Positions 24,198-37,075 of a stretch of DNA of 64,000 nt are shown here, in pieces (the stretch's first letter is position 1; each line of letters opens with the position of its first letter). Position numbers and translations under genes: made by a program. The stretch comes from Octopus sinensis (lineage: Eukaryota): contig NC_043003.1 of assembly GCF_006345805.1 (NCBI RefSeq), positions 11,842,001 to 11,906,000 on the forward strand, written 5' to 3'. The notes beneath the pieces are model-generated. The model made no database searches. It was not told the origin of the DNA and worked only from the letters and a program-made list of their open reading frames with translations.

Positions 24198-24577
24198 GGA
24201 TGTGCAATGGCCCAGTGGTTAGGGCAGCGGACTCGCGGTCGCAGGATCGCGGCTTTGATTCCCAAACCGGGTTTTGTGAGTGTTTATTGAGCGGAAACAC
24301 CTAAAGCTCCACGAGGCTCCGGCAGGAGGTGATGGCGAACCCTGCTGTACTATTTCACCACAACTTTCTCTTACTCTTTCTTCTTGTTTCTGTTGTACCT
24401 GTATTTCAAAGGGCCAGCCTTGTCACACTCTGTGTCACGCTGAATCTCCCCGAGAACTACGTTAAGGGTACACGTGTCTGTGGAGTGTTCAGCCACTTGC
24501 ACGTTTAAGTTCACGAGCAGGCTGTTCCGTTGATCAGATCAAATGGAACCCTCGTCGTCGTAACCGACGGAGTGCCC
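24198..24577 (+). mobile_element. SINE with D head and H tail
   Basis: Head as 44344; tail CCTTGTCACACT...GTAACCGACGGAGTGCC as in 28538-28700. Confidence 0.85.
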
Positions 24578-24694
24578 CTATCTTCGACCCATAAAATTGG
24601 TGGCCTTGAGCCAGAATTTGAAACCAATGTTCAAAGGTAAATTCTTATTACATTATGCCTTTTCTCGAACTTACAGTTTTTTTCTATAACTCTT

Positions 24695-25150
24695 GAGTTG
24701 CTGCAACCACGTGGTTTCGGATTCAATCCTACAGTGCGACACCTTCAGAGAGTCTTCTACTAAAGCCCCCGACCGACCAATGCCTTCTGAGTATATCTAG
24801 GTGACGGAAAATGTGTGGAAGCCCATCGTGTGTGTGTGTGTGTGTGTGTGTGTATTTATGTGTGTGCATGTGTGTGTATGTGTGTGCATGTGTGTACTTG
24901 TACGTGTGTGAGTATGTGTGTGTCTTTATATCTGTGTTTGTCTGCCTCCACTGCTTGACAACCAGTTTTGGTCTGTTTACGCCTCTGTAACTTACCAGTC
25001 CGGCAAAAGAAACAGACAGAATAAATGCCAAACTGCAAAAAAATATAAATAAATAATAAATGGTAAAGGAACTGAGATTGATCTGTTTAACTAAAAAACA
25101 AAAACAAAAACAAACCCTTCAAAACCTTGCTCCAGCATGGCTGCAGTCAA
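24695..25150 (+). mobile_element. SINE-A, degraded
   Basis: Diverged body with internal (TG)n. Confidence 0.7.
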
Positions 25151-25578
25151 ATTACAGAGAAAGACTATTGAAAAGGTTGCAAGACGCAACGAAAATTTTA
25201 GGAGAATAAAAATAAGAAATAAGTGGAAATTTTTACCGGTGTGTGTATTAAATCATAAGGCACAAAAAGAAAATTACTCTCCCCAAACACAACAGGTAAA
25301 AAAAATTAAAGCTAAAAGGACTACCTTATATGGATGCTTAAATCGCACAAGGCTATACGAATGAGTCTGTCATTTGTGCCCCGTGCATTCATTTCGGGAA
25401 AAGGATTAGATTGCAAAGCAAAAGTACATAACATATATTGACATTAGCCCTATTGTTGACTATTAATAAGTTTCTGTGTGACGTCAATACGTTTCGTTAG
25501 GTTACGGCATACGTTTACTTCATTTATACAGATGACGGCCTGACAGCGTCAATATAAATCACTAAGTCAATACACTTT

Positions 25579-25642
<64 letters not shown>

Positions 25643-26502
25643 ACTTTTTCTTTCATTCCATCCCATCAAACAACTTCCCACACGTAGGACTCAACATTGT
25701 ATTTGTATGAGACAGTTTATTCCGCGCATTAAAACCGGAAGTGTTTTGTCAATAGAAAACAAAGCTAAACTATGATGGCGGCCTGAAAATTTGTTCCAAT
25801 AATTTTGGTCACAATTCATCGATATCACTTGACTTTCGCCAAAGGAAATTTACTGTCAGTAATTCGATGATTGAGTTTGTCGCGGTCTCCGTCATCGTCG
25901 TCGTTGTCGTCGTCGTCGCCATGTTCTTTGTTATTGTTGTTGTTGCTATCAACATCGTCGTTGTCTTTGTTGTTGTTATTGTATAGCTCCTGATCAATCC
26001 TGATCGAGTAGACCTTTCAAATTCAATTTGAGACACACAGACATACACAAACACGAATTGAATTTAATCGTGTAAGTGCTACACTTATGTACGGTGTGGA
26101 CTCTAAACTGAAGTTATTTCATATCTAGAAAAAGGGTGCAACTTCACAAACTTTTCTCTAAAATATGGGGCCCTTTCTGCCAGAAAGTCAGAAGAAGCTA
26201 ACGATGTTTTTTTTTTATTTCTTTATTGCCCACAAGGGGCTAAACATAGAGGGGACAAACAAGGACAGACGAAGGGGTTAAGTCGATTACTAAGTTTACT
26301 TTGTAACTATGTGGTTGTTGGTTCGATCCCATTGGTCGATATCTTAGGTGTGTTTGTTTTTGTAATCTAGATTCTGAGATGGACTCAAGCCTTGTGAATG
26401 AAACTGAGTGAAATGAAACTGTGTAGAAGCTTTCGAATCGATTGCACGCTGATTCTGTCCGCGAGATTTCATTGGGCTCAAGCTTATTCGTGGAATGCTT
26501 AC

Positions 26503-26615
26503 CTGCATGCATACCTTAACATAACGGGTGGTAGATAGTTCGGTCGATAAAACAACTGAATGTTCATCGCTACAAACGACGGAGGATCCATCGCAACATA
26601 TCTTTATTTCTACTC
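26503..26615 (-). CDS. Candidate internal exon, (G)VEIKICCDGSSVVCSDEHSVVLSTELSTTRYVKVCMQ; unidentified
   Basis: Acceptor TAACTATCCACAG, donor CAG|GTAAGC (alternative AAG|GTATGC at 26515); only one frame open; non-repetitive DNA. Confidence 0.25.
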
Positions 26616-26743
26616 CTGTGGATAGTTAACATATTTTCAGCTGTTTTTTTTTCTTTTCTTCCGTCTGGTTTGATTTCCATTTATTGTCGTAATTTAACTA
26701 TGTCTACCCCACCGCCTCTCTCTCTATACACACACACACAAAC

Positions 26744-26787
<44 letters not shown>

Positions 26788-26900
26788 TACATACATACAT
26801 ACATACATACACATATACATATATATATACATATACATAAACACACATATATAATATACATATATATATACATATATATATACATTTACATATATATTAC

Positions 26901-26969
<69 letters not shown>

Positions 26970-26976
26970 CATATGC

Positions 26977-27051
<75 letters not shown>

Positions 27052-27326
27052 TATATATATATATATAGACACACACACACATATATATATTATACATATA
27101 TATATATATATATACATATATACATTTACATAGAATTGACACTAGTTTATTATTTCACCTAGTTTATGTATAATTTAACAAAGATGACGCGTCGCTTTTT
27201 ATCCACCCTGAGGCTTTCAGTTTTATAAAAGTATTCACTTTTATCGATGCTGTTCTACACTAATGCCTTATTATTTCCCTCCATCCATTCACCCATCCAC
27301 CCAGTGAACAATGGAGATGGACTAGG

Positions 27327-27760
27327 GCAGCGTTTTTCAAAATGTGTGTCCAGACCCTTCAGTGGGTCGCGAGATATATAAAATGGGTCGCGAGATAAAT
27401 AAAATAGAAGGAAAGAAAAAAACGCAAGTGGGTACAAAATGAAGAATGTAAACCAGCGTTTTACAAACTGTGGGCCCCCACCCTTCAATGCGCCGCGAGA
27501 AATAAAATGCGTCACGACAAAATTGAAGGAAAGAAAAAAATCACAAGCGGGTACAAAGTGAAGAATATAAACCGTCCGTCCGTCCGTCCATCTATCCATC
27601 CATCCATCCATCCATCCAACCAAAATGTGGGTCCAGACCCTTCAGTGGGTCACGAGATAAATATAACGAGTCGCGACAAAATTGGAGGAAAGAAAAAAAA
27701 CGCAAGTGGGTACAAAGTGAAGAATATAAACCATCCACCCGTCCGTCCGTCCATCCATCC
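27327..27760. repeat. Degenerate tandem repeat (about 3 units of 130-150 bp) with (CCAT)n spacers; hAT-MITE-like starts
   Basis: CAGCGTTTT.CAAA.TGTG and GGAAAGAAAAAAA..CAAG.GGGTACAAA.TGAAGAAT.TAAACC recur. Confidence 0.65.
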
Positions 27761-28480
27761 ATCCATCCATCCATCCATGCAGTCAACAAATGACATCTAG
27801 AGATTGTCGGCGTAGAAAACACTTCGTAGCGATCAAATGATTCGAATTCAGATTCCGGTACAGTTCTATAATGTCAGACTCCGATGCCTTTAAATTTCTC
27901 TGTCGTTTGTCTCTGTGTAAGTTCAATCTATCAATATAGAAATATCTCTCTGTTTATATTCAAATATTCATCGACTGAAAATCTTTAGTCTCTGCTTTCT
28001 TTCTATTTGCATGCATACATACATAAATACATACATACCTACATATATGTATGTGTGTATGAGTGTGTGTGTGTGTGTTTTGTTGTTGTTGTTGTTGTGT
28101 GTGTTATATTTTAGAACAAACAGTAAACGGTTGTCATGATAGTACTCGGGGTTTCGAATGTCGGAGCGAAGAGCTACGATGCATTCTCGTCGGCTATTAA
28201 TGGCAACAGACGCTATGAAAAACTGTTAAATAAAAGGGAAGTAACTCTAATAGATGGAAAAGAAAAAAGATAAAAAATACACGCAACCATATACTCACAA
28301 TACGTAGACATAAATCTCCTGCGTTCACAACGTCTATATACGTACACACTCACACAAACATATATACCTATATGTACACACACATATACATATGTATGTA
28401 CGTACTCATATCTAAGCACATACATATCTAAACACATACGCACACATGTATGTGCGTGTGTGTGTGTGTGTGTGTGTGCG

Positions 28481-28536
<56 letters not shown>

Positions 28537-28537
28537 G

Positions 28538-28860
28538 GAGCACTCCGTCGGTTACAACGACGAGGGTCCCAGCTGATACGATCAACGGAACAGCTTGCTC
28601 GTGAAATTAACGTGCAAGTGGCTGAGCACTCCACAGACACGTGTACCCTTAACGTAGTTTTCGGGGATATTCAGCGTGACACAAAGTGTGACAAGGCTGG
28701 CCCTTCGAAATACGGGTACAACTCATTTTTGCCAGCTGAGTGGACTGGAGCAACGTGAAATAAAATGTCTTGCTCAAGTGCACAACGCGTCGCCGGGAAT
28801 TGAACTCACGACCTTACGATAGTGAACCGAATACTCTAATGACTAAGCTACGCACCTTCA
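28538..28860 (-). mobile_element. SINE-H, full length
   Basis: tRNA-like head with GAGTTCAATTCCC B-box, CTTGAGCAAGACA..CAGCTGGCAAAAATGAG body, tail shared with 24400-24577. Confidence 0.85.
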
Positions 28861-29087
28861 CATATATATGTATATATCTATGCAACCCCATCCACATGTA
28901 CACATAGTTTCTTACATGCATACACGTAACATAATACATATATATTATATTTAGACATTTATACGTATAAATATACGTGTATATAAATATATATGTGTAT
29001 ATATTATATATATATATATCAGAATACATTCACACTTCCCCGTACACACATTATATGTATACACACACACACACACACACACACACA

Positions 29088-29135
<48 letters not shown>

Positions 29136-29819
29136 GTTATATATATATATATATATATATATAATGTATGTATGTATATATATCTTATATATAATATATA
29201 TATATATATATATACATACATACATACATACATACATACATACATACCCATACATACACCTCCCTTCACACACCTAACCACCCGCGCATATACTGTATAT
29301 CGCACGTTCGGATGACCTCTACTCAACCCTCGACGTCTAGACTTCTCCCCCTATATATGCGTATTGGGCTACCCTACTTCATCGTATGGGGGCGTCGACA
29401 CAACATATACAAACATATGCACATCCGTATAAATGAAGGGGACGTGTGCATGAAAACCGCACATATGCACCGGACGCAATCTTACACTCATATACATACA
29501 TATACACAAACGCATATATACACACGCACGCACATATACATATAATATACATATACATACATCACAGGATGCAAACGTAGTAACCGGAGGTACATCAGAG
29601 TTTTTATTAGATTAGGGGCTCCCTCAGTTCCAACTTGTGGATGACCATTGGCTCTGCTGAGTTCCTTCAACTTTTGACAGGTTTTGTTTTTCATCCTGGA
29701 GAGTGTCCCACGTAAATCACCTTTCTTAGCTAGTCGTCTTGGCAGGGTCGCCGTTTTGGCCGCCTACATTATGACTATGCGACACGTTGTACCGAGTAAC
29801 ATTCTACCCAGTACGTATG

Positions 29820-29872
<53 letters not shown>

Positions 29873-29874
<2 letters not shown>

Positions 29875-30100
29875 TGTGCAGATTTGTATGTTTTGCTTTG
29901 TGTATGTATTCTCATGCATATAGTTGCATATCTAGACATGCTCATATAGATTTAAATGATAAACTTCTGGAAAGTTTTACAGCTTTTTATAGTTCCAGTG
30001 ATGGCATGAATCTGTGGTCTTCGAATCAGCTTCCACTCTCCTGGTTTTGAGATTGGTATTGCAGCAGTGTGTTACATATCCCAGGGCTCCAATGTATTTG
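29873..30100 (-). mobile_element. Left arm of diverged inverted pair; CR1/L2-like 3' end with (CATA)n tail
   Basis: Reverse complement of 30335-30570; (TATG)n immediately to the left. Confidence 0.55.
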
Positions 30101-30155
30101 TGTATGTATGTGTCAGGTCACTCCACATACGTACATACATACATACATGCATACA

Positions 30156-30189
<34 letters not shown>

Positions 30190-30334
30190 CATACATACAT
30201 ACATACATACATACTGCCCAACGGATGTTAACATAAAGCTGAAAGTCAGTGAATAAGAGAACACCTATGCTGAACTATTGAGAAATCTGCAGTTACTCTA
30301 TCCAGATTACTAGTTTAGTTTCATACCTGTAATT

Positions 30335-30570
30335 ATTGGAGGCCTGGGATATGTAACATACTGCCTAAATACCAATTTTGAGAAATTAGGCTTCTCAAAA
30401 CTAGAAAGGAGAAATCTAATTCAAAGACCATAGATCCAATCCATCACCGGAACTGTATAATTCTGTAAAACTTTCCAGAAGTTCATCATTTAAGTATATA
30501 TGAGCGTGTCTAGATGCGCAACTATATGCATGAGAATACGTACATAAAACAAAATATACAAATCTGCTCA
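30335..30570 (+). mobile_element. Right arm of inverted pair; CR1/L2-like 3' end with (CATC)/(CATA)n tail
   Basis: Degraded KLGFSKLERRNLI and PELYNSVKLSRSSSFKYI*ACLD resemble CR1/L2 ORF2 C-termini. Confidence 0.55.
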
Positions 30571-30884
30571 CATCCATCCATCCATCCATCCATCCATCCA
30601 TCCATACTACATACATACATACTACATACATACATACATACATACAAAATATACCTTGTTCTTGATGTCGAAATTTTAATGAAGGAGCCCTGGATCTAGG
30701 TTAAAAACCGACTCTTTCTCTATTGGAAAGAAATCTTGAAATAAAACTGAACAATGACATACATACATACTTGAAGAGACAGGTTGACAAACAGGTAGAT
30801 AGGCAGAGATAATTGATAGAGAGACAGACAGCTAGACAGGTAGGTAGTACGTAAGTTGTAGGTAGGGAGTAGGTAGATAGGTAA

Positions 30885-30912
30885 GTAGATAGATAGATAG
30901 ATAGATAGATAG

Positions 30913-30970
<58 letters not shown>

Positions 30971-30971
30971 G

Positions 30972-31045
<74 letters not shown>
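30885..31045. repeat. (GATA)n microsatellite
   Basis: Direct reading. Confidence 0.97.
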
Positions 31046-31175
31046 TGTTTCTTTATTGGCCACACAGGGCTGCACACAGATGGGACAAGTTACAAGGTAG
31101 AGCTTTTCTTTTGGGGGATGAAAAAACAAAAAAAAAAAGAACCGAAATAAAAAAAGGTGGCGTAGGTTTTCGATC
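31046..31175 (-). mobile_element. Probable LINE 3' end sharing the SINE-B tail
   Basis: CTTGTCCCATCTGTGTGCAGCCCTGTGTGGCCAATAAAGAAA versus SINE-B tail TTTGTCCCCTCTATGTTTAGCCCCTTGTGGGCAATAAAGAAA. Confidence 0.5.
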
Positions 31176-31200
31176 AAAAGGGATCGTAAAAGGGAAAAAA

Positions 31201-31236
<36 letters not shown>

Positions 31237-31520
31237 CAGAAGAAGAGCGATTAGGACGGTTGTGGTGATCAAAATAATTCCCTTATAGAAAGACCAAGAC
31301 AAATGTCTAATTCATTAGCAATGAGAAGTCGTGTGATGGAATTGTTAAAACGATAACCATTTTACATCCCCTGTAGTTGTTTGGTCAGCGCCGGAAGCTG
31401 GGTTGATAGCTACATTGAAGCGGAAGTAGAACAATGATTGAAGAGAGGAAGTGAAAGTTAAAGTGGTATAATGAAGCAAGGAAAAGAAGCAAAGAAAAAG
31501 AGAAATTATAATATTAAACT

Positions 31521-31567
<47 letters not shown>

Positions 31568-31715
31568 AGTGAGAAAGCAAGAGAGAAAGAAATGGAAGAC
31601 AAATGGAGGACAAATGGAGGTGTGTATGAGAAAGACGAAGGCAGGAAGGAATAAGAGATATAGATCGTTAGATAGATAGATAGATAGAGATAGAGAGAGA
31701 GAGAGAGAGAGTGAG

Positions 31716-31748
<33 letters not shown>

Positions 31749-31810
31749 CAGACAGACAAACAGACAGATAGATAGGCAGAATAGATAGAAAGATAGATAG
31801 ATAGATAGAC

Positions 31811-31861
<51 letters not shown>

Positions 31862-31882
31862 CAGACAGAATAGACGATAGAT

Positions 31883-31951
<69 letters not shown>

Positions 31952-32574
31952 CTGGGAAGGAAAGATCTGAGGTGTGTGTGAGTGTACAGGTATATGTATG
32001 TGTGTATGTATGTATGTACGTGTGTGTGAGCGTGTTGCGTGCGTGTGTGTGTGTTTGTGTGTGTGAGTTTACGAATGTGAGTGTCTATATGTTAATGATA
32101 AGGAAAGGAGAAGTAGAAAAAAGCGATAAGAGCGAAGTTTAAAAGGCAGGAAATAATAGTGGATTGAATTAGTGAGAGAGGAAGGGAGGGAGGAGAGGGG
32201 AAGGAGAGAGAGATAGACCCGAAATGCGCGCATGCGTACGTGCGTGTGTATTTGCTTACACGTGAGCGTGCGTGCGTGTGTGTGTTTTGAAATTACTTGA
32301 TGCATATTCAAATGATATAATGCAACGTAGAACGTAAAGGTAAGCTCGAGTCCCAGCGGATACAAATAATCTCTTTTAGTAGCTGAGGTGTGTCCGCCAT
32401 TTTAATTTGTTGTCACTTAATTTCAATACACGCACACACACATACACACACAAGTATACACACATACATACATACATACATACACACGCACATACAGCCG
32501 TATAAAAACAATTTAACTGAAAGATTGCTCAATACGTATTGAGTAAGCGACAAAATACGTTCCAGCCGAGCATT

Positions 32575-33352
32575 GGGATCGATGTAATAGACTTTGCCTT
32601 TCATCCTTTCGGGGTCGATAAATTAAGTACCAGTTACGCACCGGGGTCGATGTAATCGACTTAATCCGCTTGTCTGTCCTTGTTTGTCCCCTAGAAATAA
32701 GTAATAGACTACCCCCTCTACCAAAATTGCAGGCCTTGTAACTCCTCTACACCCTCTACCAAAATTGCAGGCCTTGTACCTCCTGTTATTTTTCTATTCT
32801 AGTGGGGAGGGGGGCCAGTCGATTAGATCGACCCAGTACGCAACTGGTACTTAACTTATCAACCCCAAAAGGATGAAAGGCAAAGTCTACCTCGGCGGAA
32901 TTTGAACTCAGATGGTAAAGACAGACGAAATACCTATTTCTTTACTACCCACAAGGGGCTAAACACAGAAGGGATAAACAAGGACAGACAAACGGATTAA
33001 GTCGATTATATCGACCCCAGTGCGTAACTGGTACTTATTTAAACGACCCCGAAAGGATGAAAGGCAAAGTCAACCTCGGCGGAATTTGAACTCAGAACGT
33101 AATGGCAGACGAAATACGGCTTCGCATTTCGCCCAGCGTGCTAACGTTTCTGCCAGCTCGCCGCCTTCGCACTGGGGTCGATGTAATCGACTTAATACCT
33201 TTGTCTGTCCTTGTTTGTCCCCTCTATGTTTAGCCCCTTGTGGGTAATAAAGAAATAATTAAGTTGATAAATTAAGTACCAGTTGCGTCCTGGGGTCGAT
33301 CTAAACAATTGGCCTCCTCCCCCAAAATTTCAGGCCTTGTGCCTATAGTAGA

Positions 33353-33360
<8 letters not shown>
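32575..33360. mobile_element. SINE-B/C cluster: + (32575-32780), - (32790-33165), + (33168-33360)
   Basis: Core and tail matches in alternating orientation. Confidence 0.85.
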
Positions 33361-33420
<60 letters not shown>

Positions 33421-33422
<2 letters not shown>

Positions 33423-33838
33423 GAGTGAGAGAGCAGCGCATGCCATCAAAGTGGCACGGGTTCAAATATACGAAGACCAATATACCTATCATGACTACGC
33501 GTCTGGTACACCTGACACATGCATCACAACTATAAGTGCACGATATGATGATCTCAAATCAAGATATACAGCACTTCACCTTGCAAATGGGGCCCAGTTA
33601 GGATTTTATTCAGGTTGAGTAGCCCATCCGCTTAAAAGGTCCCTGAATTAGGTTTGTTTAAAGATGATGAACGAAACACCCATGTTTCCAGAGGTGGGTT
33701 ATTCAAACCCCAAAGAATTGCTCTGATGCTCCCCCACTATTTCAGCTCTTGATCAGAGATTCGTATATCGTCAGGGACATGCGCAACTGGTTAAGGACAA
33801 GCAAATCTGTGGTATTGAGTAGAATATTTGCTGAAGTT
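33421..33838 (-). mobile_element. Family E, longer copy with (TAA)n tail
   Basis: 3' end matches 13911-14040; 5' part matches 52380-52500. Confidence 0.75.
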
Positions 33839-33879
33839 ATAAAAAAGAGTTATTGGCTGAAGTTATAAGCAAAATCTGT

Positions 33880-34010
33880 ATGTCTCTCCAGGGATACAGG
33901 CATCCAGCAACAGGACCTCCGTAATGCCATGATGGACCGTGAAGTCTGGCGTAGCATGGTAAATTCCATTGTCTCGACCACGGTCGAACAATGATGATGA
34001 TGATGATGAT
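33880..34010 (+). mobile_element. RTE-clade LINE 3' end
   Basis: RDTGIQQQDLRNAMMDREVWRSMV...* followed by (GAT)n tail. Confidence 0.75.
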
Positions 34011-34440
34011 GTCTTATTAGCTTCATTAATTTGAATGCTTCTAGCTGATGATACACAATGATGTTGAAACCCTAGTTGTCTTGGAGTCTCGCGCTAATGA
34101 ATCGAGTTTGTTATGAATACACATTTATCGTAAAGTTGTTCTTCTATAAAAAAATAAAAAAAACACGGCAGCGATTGGTTTATTTCCGTTCGAATCTTGC
34201 AGATCGTATTAAGAATACATATGAAGTTTAGTGTTGAATATTCGTTGTTATAACAATGTCACGATGTAACGAATCAATAGTTAAGAGTGTGTCCAAAAAA
34301 TTTTGAAACAAGAAATAAATCGGCATCCTGTTATTCATGCTGTCTATTGCGAAATTTTAAAACAATTTAAAGTAACAGGATGTTGAAGATCTGCTTTGAT
34401 CCATGAAGCGAAACAACTCAGTTAAATACAGCCCAGTTAC

Positions 34441-34511
34441 CATTTGTTTTCAAGGAAATCTACACATTTCAATACGGCAGACGTCAATGATGCTCGGCAG
34501 CTCCCACAGTC
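34441..34511 (-). CDS. Candidate exon, DCGSCRASLTSAVLKCVDFLENK; unidentified
   Basis: Acceptor TACTTTTAAATAG, donor ATG|GTAACT; one open frame (phase 0 to 2); non-repetitive DNA. Confidence 0.2.
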
Positions 34512-35261
34512 CTATTTAAAAGTATCTAAAAATCTATTGACATGAAACGAATTCATTTGTCAATGCTCTATGAATATCTGGCTATGATAAAGACTACGAA
34601 ACTGTCGATGTGTGAACGCGTTATTGAAGCATCCAATAACCAGTGATACAACCTTAGTAAGTAATTATTAGTGACTGAAGAGCATTAATACCAGAAAGCA
34701 ATCTTTGTTCCCAATTTAACGTGGATGTTCTGTGGCTAGTAATTACTTTTTTAACAGGCCGACTGGTATTTGCGACATCGGTGCCTGAAAAGTCACTGAA
34801 ATTTTATATATCGTTGGCAGTGAGATTCGGTTGGCGTACGCCTAGCGGACGGCTGTCACCGAGGAGTCGCAGTACGTTGACAGATGATTCACGCTTACCA
34901 ACGATATAAATACGTGTTTTTGTGTACCATACATTCATATGAAAAATCATCTCTCAAGGTAAATACCGCATTACTCGGCGTTCTAACAAAACGGCCACAT
35001 TAAGTTGGATACACAGATTAACTTAGTACGATAGTATTTAGTGATTAAGCTAACTTCCAGGTGGTGAACACAGTCAAACAATTTTAGTGACAGAATATAA
35101 GTTTATGAGATCCCCAGGATGAAGAAGTAACGAATACTTGAACCACAGCATACTTAATAGACTCGATTTTAACAATTACAGATAAATGAGGCCGATTATG
35201 TATTGAACATTATAGCGGACATTGTGGATCGTTACTAAATGAACTAATCCTGTCTGCTATA

Positions 35262-35620
35262 GACATAAGGCCTGAAATTTTGGGGGAAAGGGGCTAGTCG
35301 CAGCTGGTACGCAGCTGGTACTTAATTTATCGACCCCAAAATGACGAAAGGCAAAGTCAATCTCGGCTGAATTTGAACTCAGAGGGAAACGAAATACCTA
35401 TTTCTTTATTACTCACAAGGGGCTAAACACAGAGAAGACAAACAAGGACAGACAAAGGGATTAAGTCGATTATATCGACCCCAGTGCGTAACTGGTACTT
35501 ATTTAATCGACCCCGAAAGGATGAAAGGCAAAGTCAACCTCGGCGGAATTTGAACTCACAACGTAACGCAGACGAAATACCGCTAAGCATTTCGCCCGGC
35601 GCGCTAACGTTTCTGCCAGC
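35262..35620 (-). mobile_element. SINE-B/C multimer
   Basis: Head, B unit, unit with C tail. Confidence 0.88.
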
Positions 35621-35668
35621 TCACCACCTTTACTAAATGGGATAATATTAACTGATAATATTAACTTA

Positions 35669-35908
35669 GGGCAGCGAGCCGGCAGAATCGTTAGCACGTC
35701 GGACAAAATGTTTTGCGGTATTTCGTCCGCCCATCCGTCTTTACGTTCTGAGTTCAAATTCCGCCGAGGTTGACTTTGCTTTTCATCCTTTCGGGGACGA
35801 TTAAATAAGTACCATTTACGCACTGGGGCTGATGTAATCGACTTAATCCCTTTGTCTGTCCTTGTTTGCCCCCTCTATGTTTAGCCCCCTGTGGGCAATA
35901 AAGAAATG
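35669..35908 (+). mobile_element. SINE-B monomer
   Basis: Head, core and tail ending AATAAAGAAAT. Confidence 0.88.
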
Positions 35909-36346
35909 AATATTAACTGTTAAATACGTATATTTTCTTGAGAAATTTCTTTTCTGTTACATGAGTCAGAATTAAAATACTAAAAAGACCCGAGAATAAC
36001 GTTGTATGCTTGCATGCATGCATACATACATACATACATACATACATACATACATACATACATACATACATACATACATACATACATACATACATGCATA
36101 CATACATACATACATACATAGTAAATGCCCACGTGACAATGTTGATAAGCTGGGATTTTAGAAAAAGAAATCAACCAACAGATTCGCAAAGTACAATTAC
36201 AAATCTTTGAGTGGAACTGTAAAAATATGGAAGTTTAAAATGCGACGTTGTTTTCATTATCTACATTGCAGTGATGGAGCATTGTATCTTTGATAGAAAC
36301 CAGCTCCTTCCTCAGGGGAAGAATTTGAATAATTAAAATCAGAGGG

Positions 36347-36390
<44 letters not shown>

Positions 36391-36391
<1 letters not shown>

Positions 36392-36606
36392 GAGGCGCAA
36401 TGGCCCAGTGGTTAGGGCATCGGACTCGCGGTGGCGATCCCTACTGTACTCTTTCGCCACAACTTTCTCTCACTCTTTCTTCTGTTGGCCTGCTCGCTTA
36501 GCCAGCGGGGTAGCATCATCTGAAGGCTAAAACAATGCGAAGCGCATTGTGACCAGCGATGTGTAGCAACGTCTGATAGCCTGGTCGGTCACGTGATCAC
36601 GTGATA
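36391..36606 (+). mobile_element. SINE-D with internal deletion
   Basis: GGAGGCGCAATGGCCCAGTGGTTAGGGC head; tail CTGATAGCCTGGTCGGTCACGTGAT. Confidence 0.85.
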
Positions 36607-36768
36607 TATATAAGGTTTGCGCAGAGAAAAAGGTATGGAGAGGAGAATGTGACGAGTGAGTATATAACAAATTGCTAGGAAGATTGTTGTGAAGAGAAAA
36701 ACAGACGGCGGGATATATGCATAATGACGAGAGATAAGGAACCACGCATGCAGGCAGACAGACAGATT

Positions 36769-36829
<61 letters not shown>

Positions 36830-37020
36830 GACAGATAGATAAACAGATATATATATATATAGTGAGAGAGAGAAAAGAGAGAGAAGAGAGAGAGAGGGGG
36901 GGAAAGAGAGAGTGGCTAATAAACAGGTAAGAAGACTGACAGTCAAAAAGGTAACCAGATAAATAAATAAATAGATAAATAGATAGATAGATAATTGATA
37001 GACAAATATAGATAGATATA

Positions 37021-37075
<55 letters not shown>

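Noticed and set aside
32220-32405. Promoter or start codon (NRF1-like, CACGTG, AAAATGGCGG giving MADTPQ...)
   Set aside because: The motifs lie in GT/GC-repeat-rich sequence, and the reading frame stops after 30 codons without a good splice donor.
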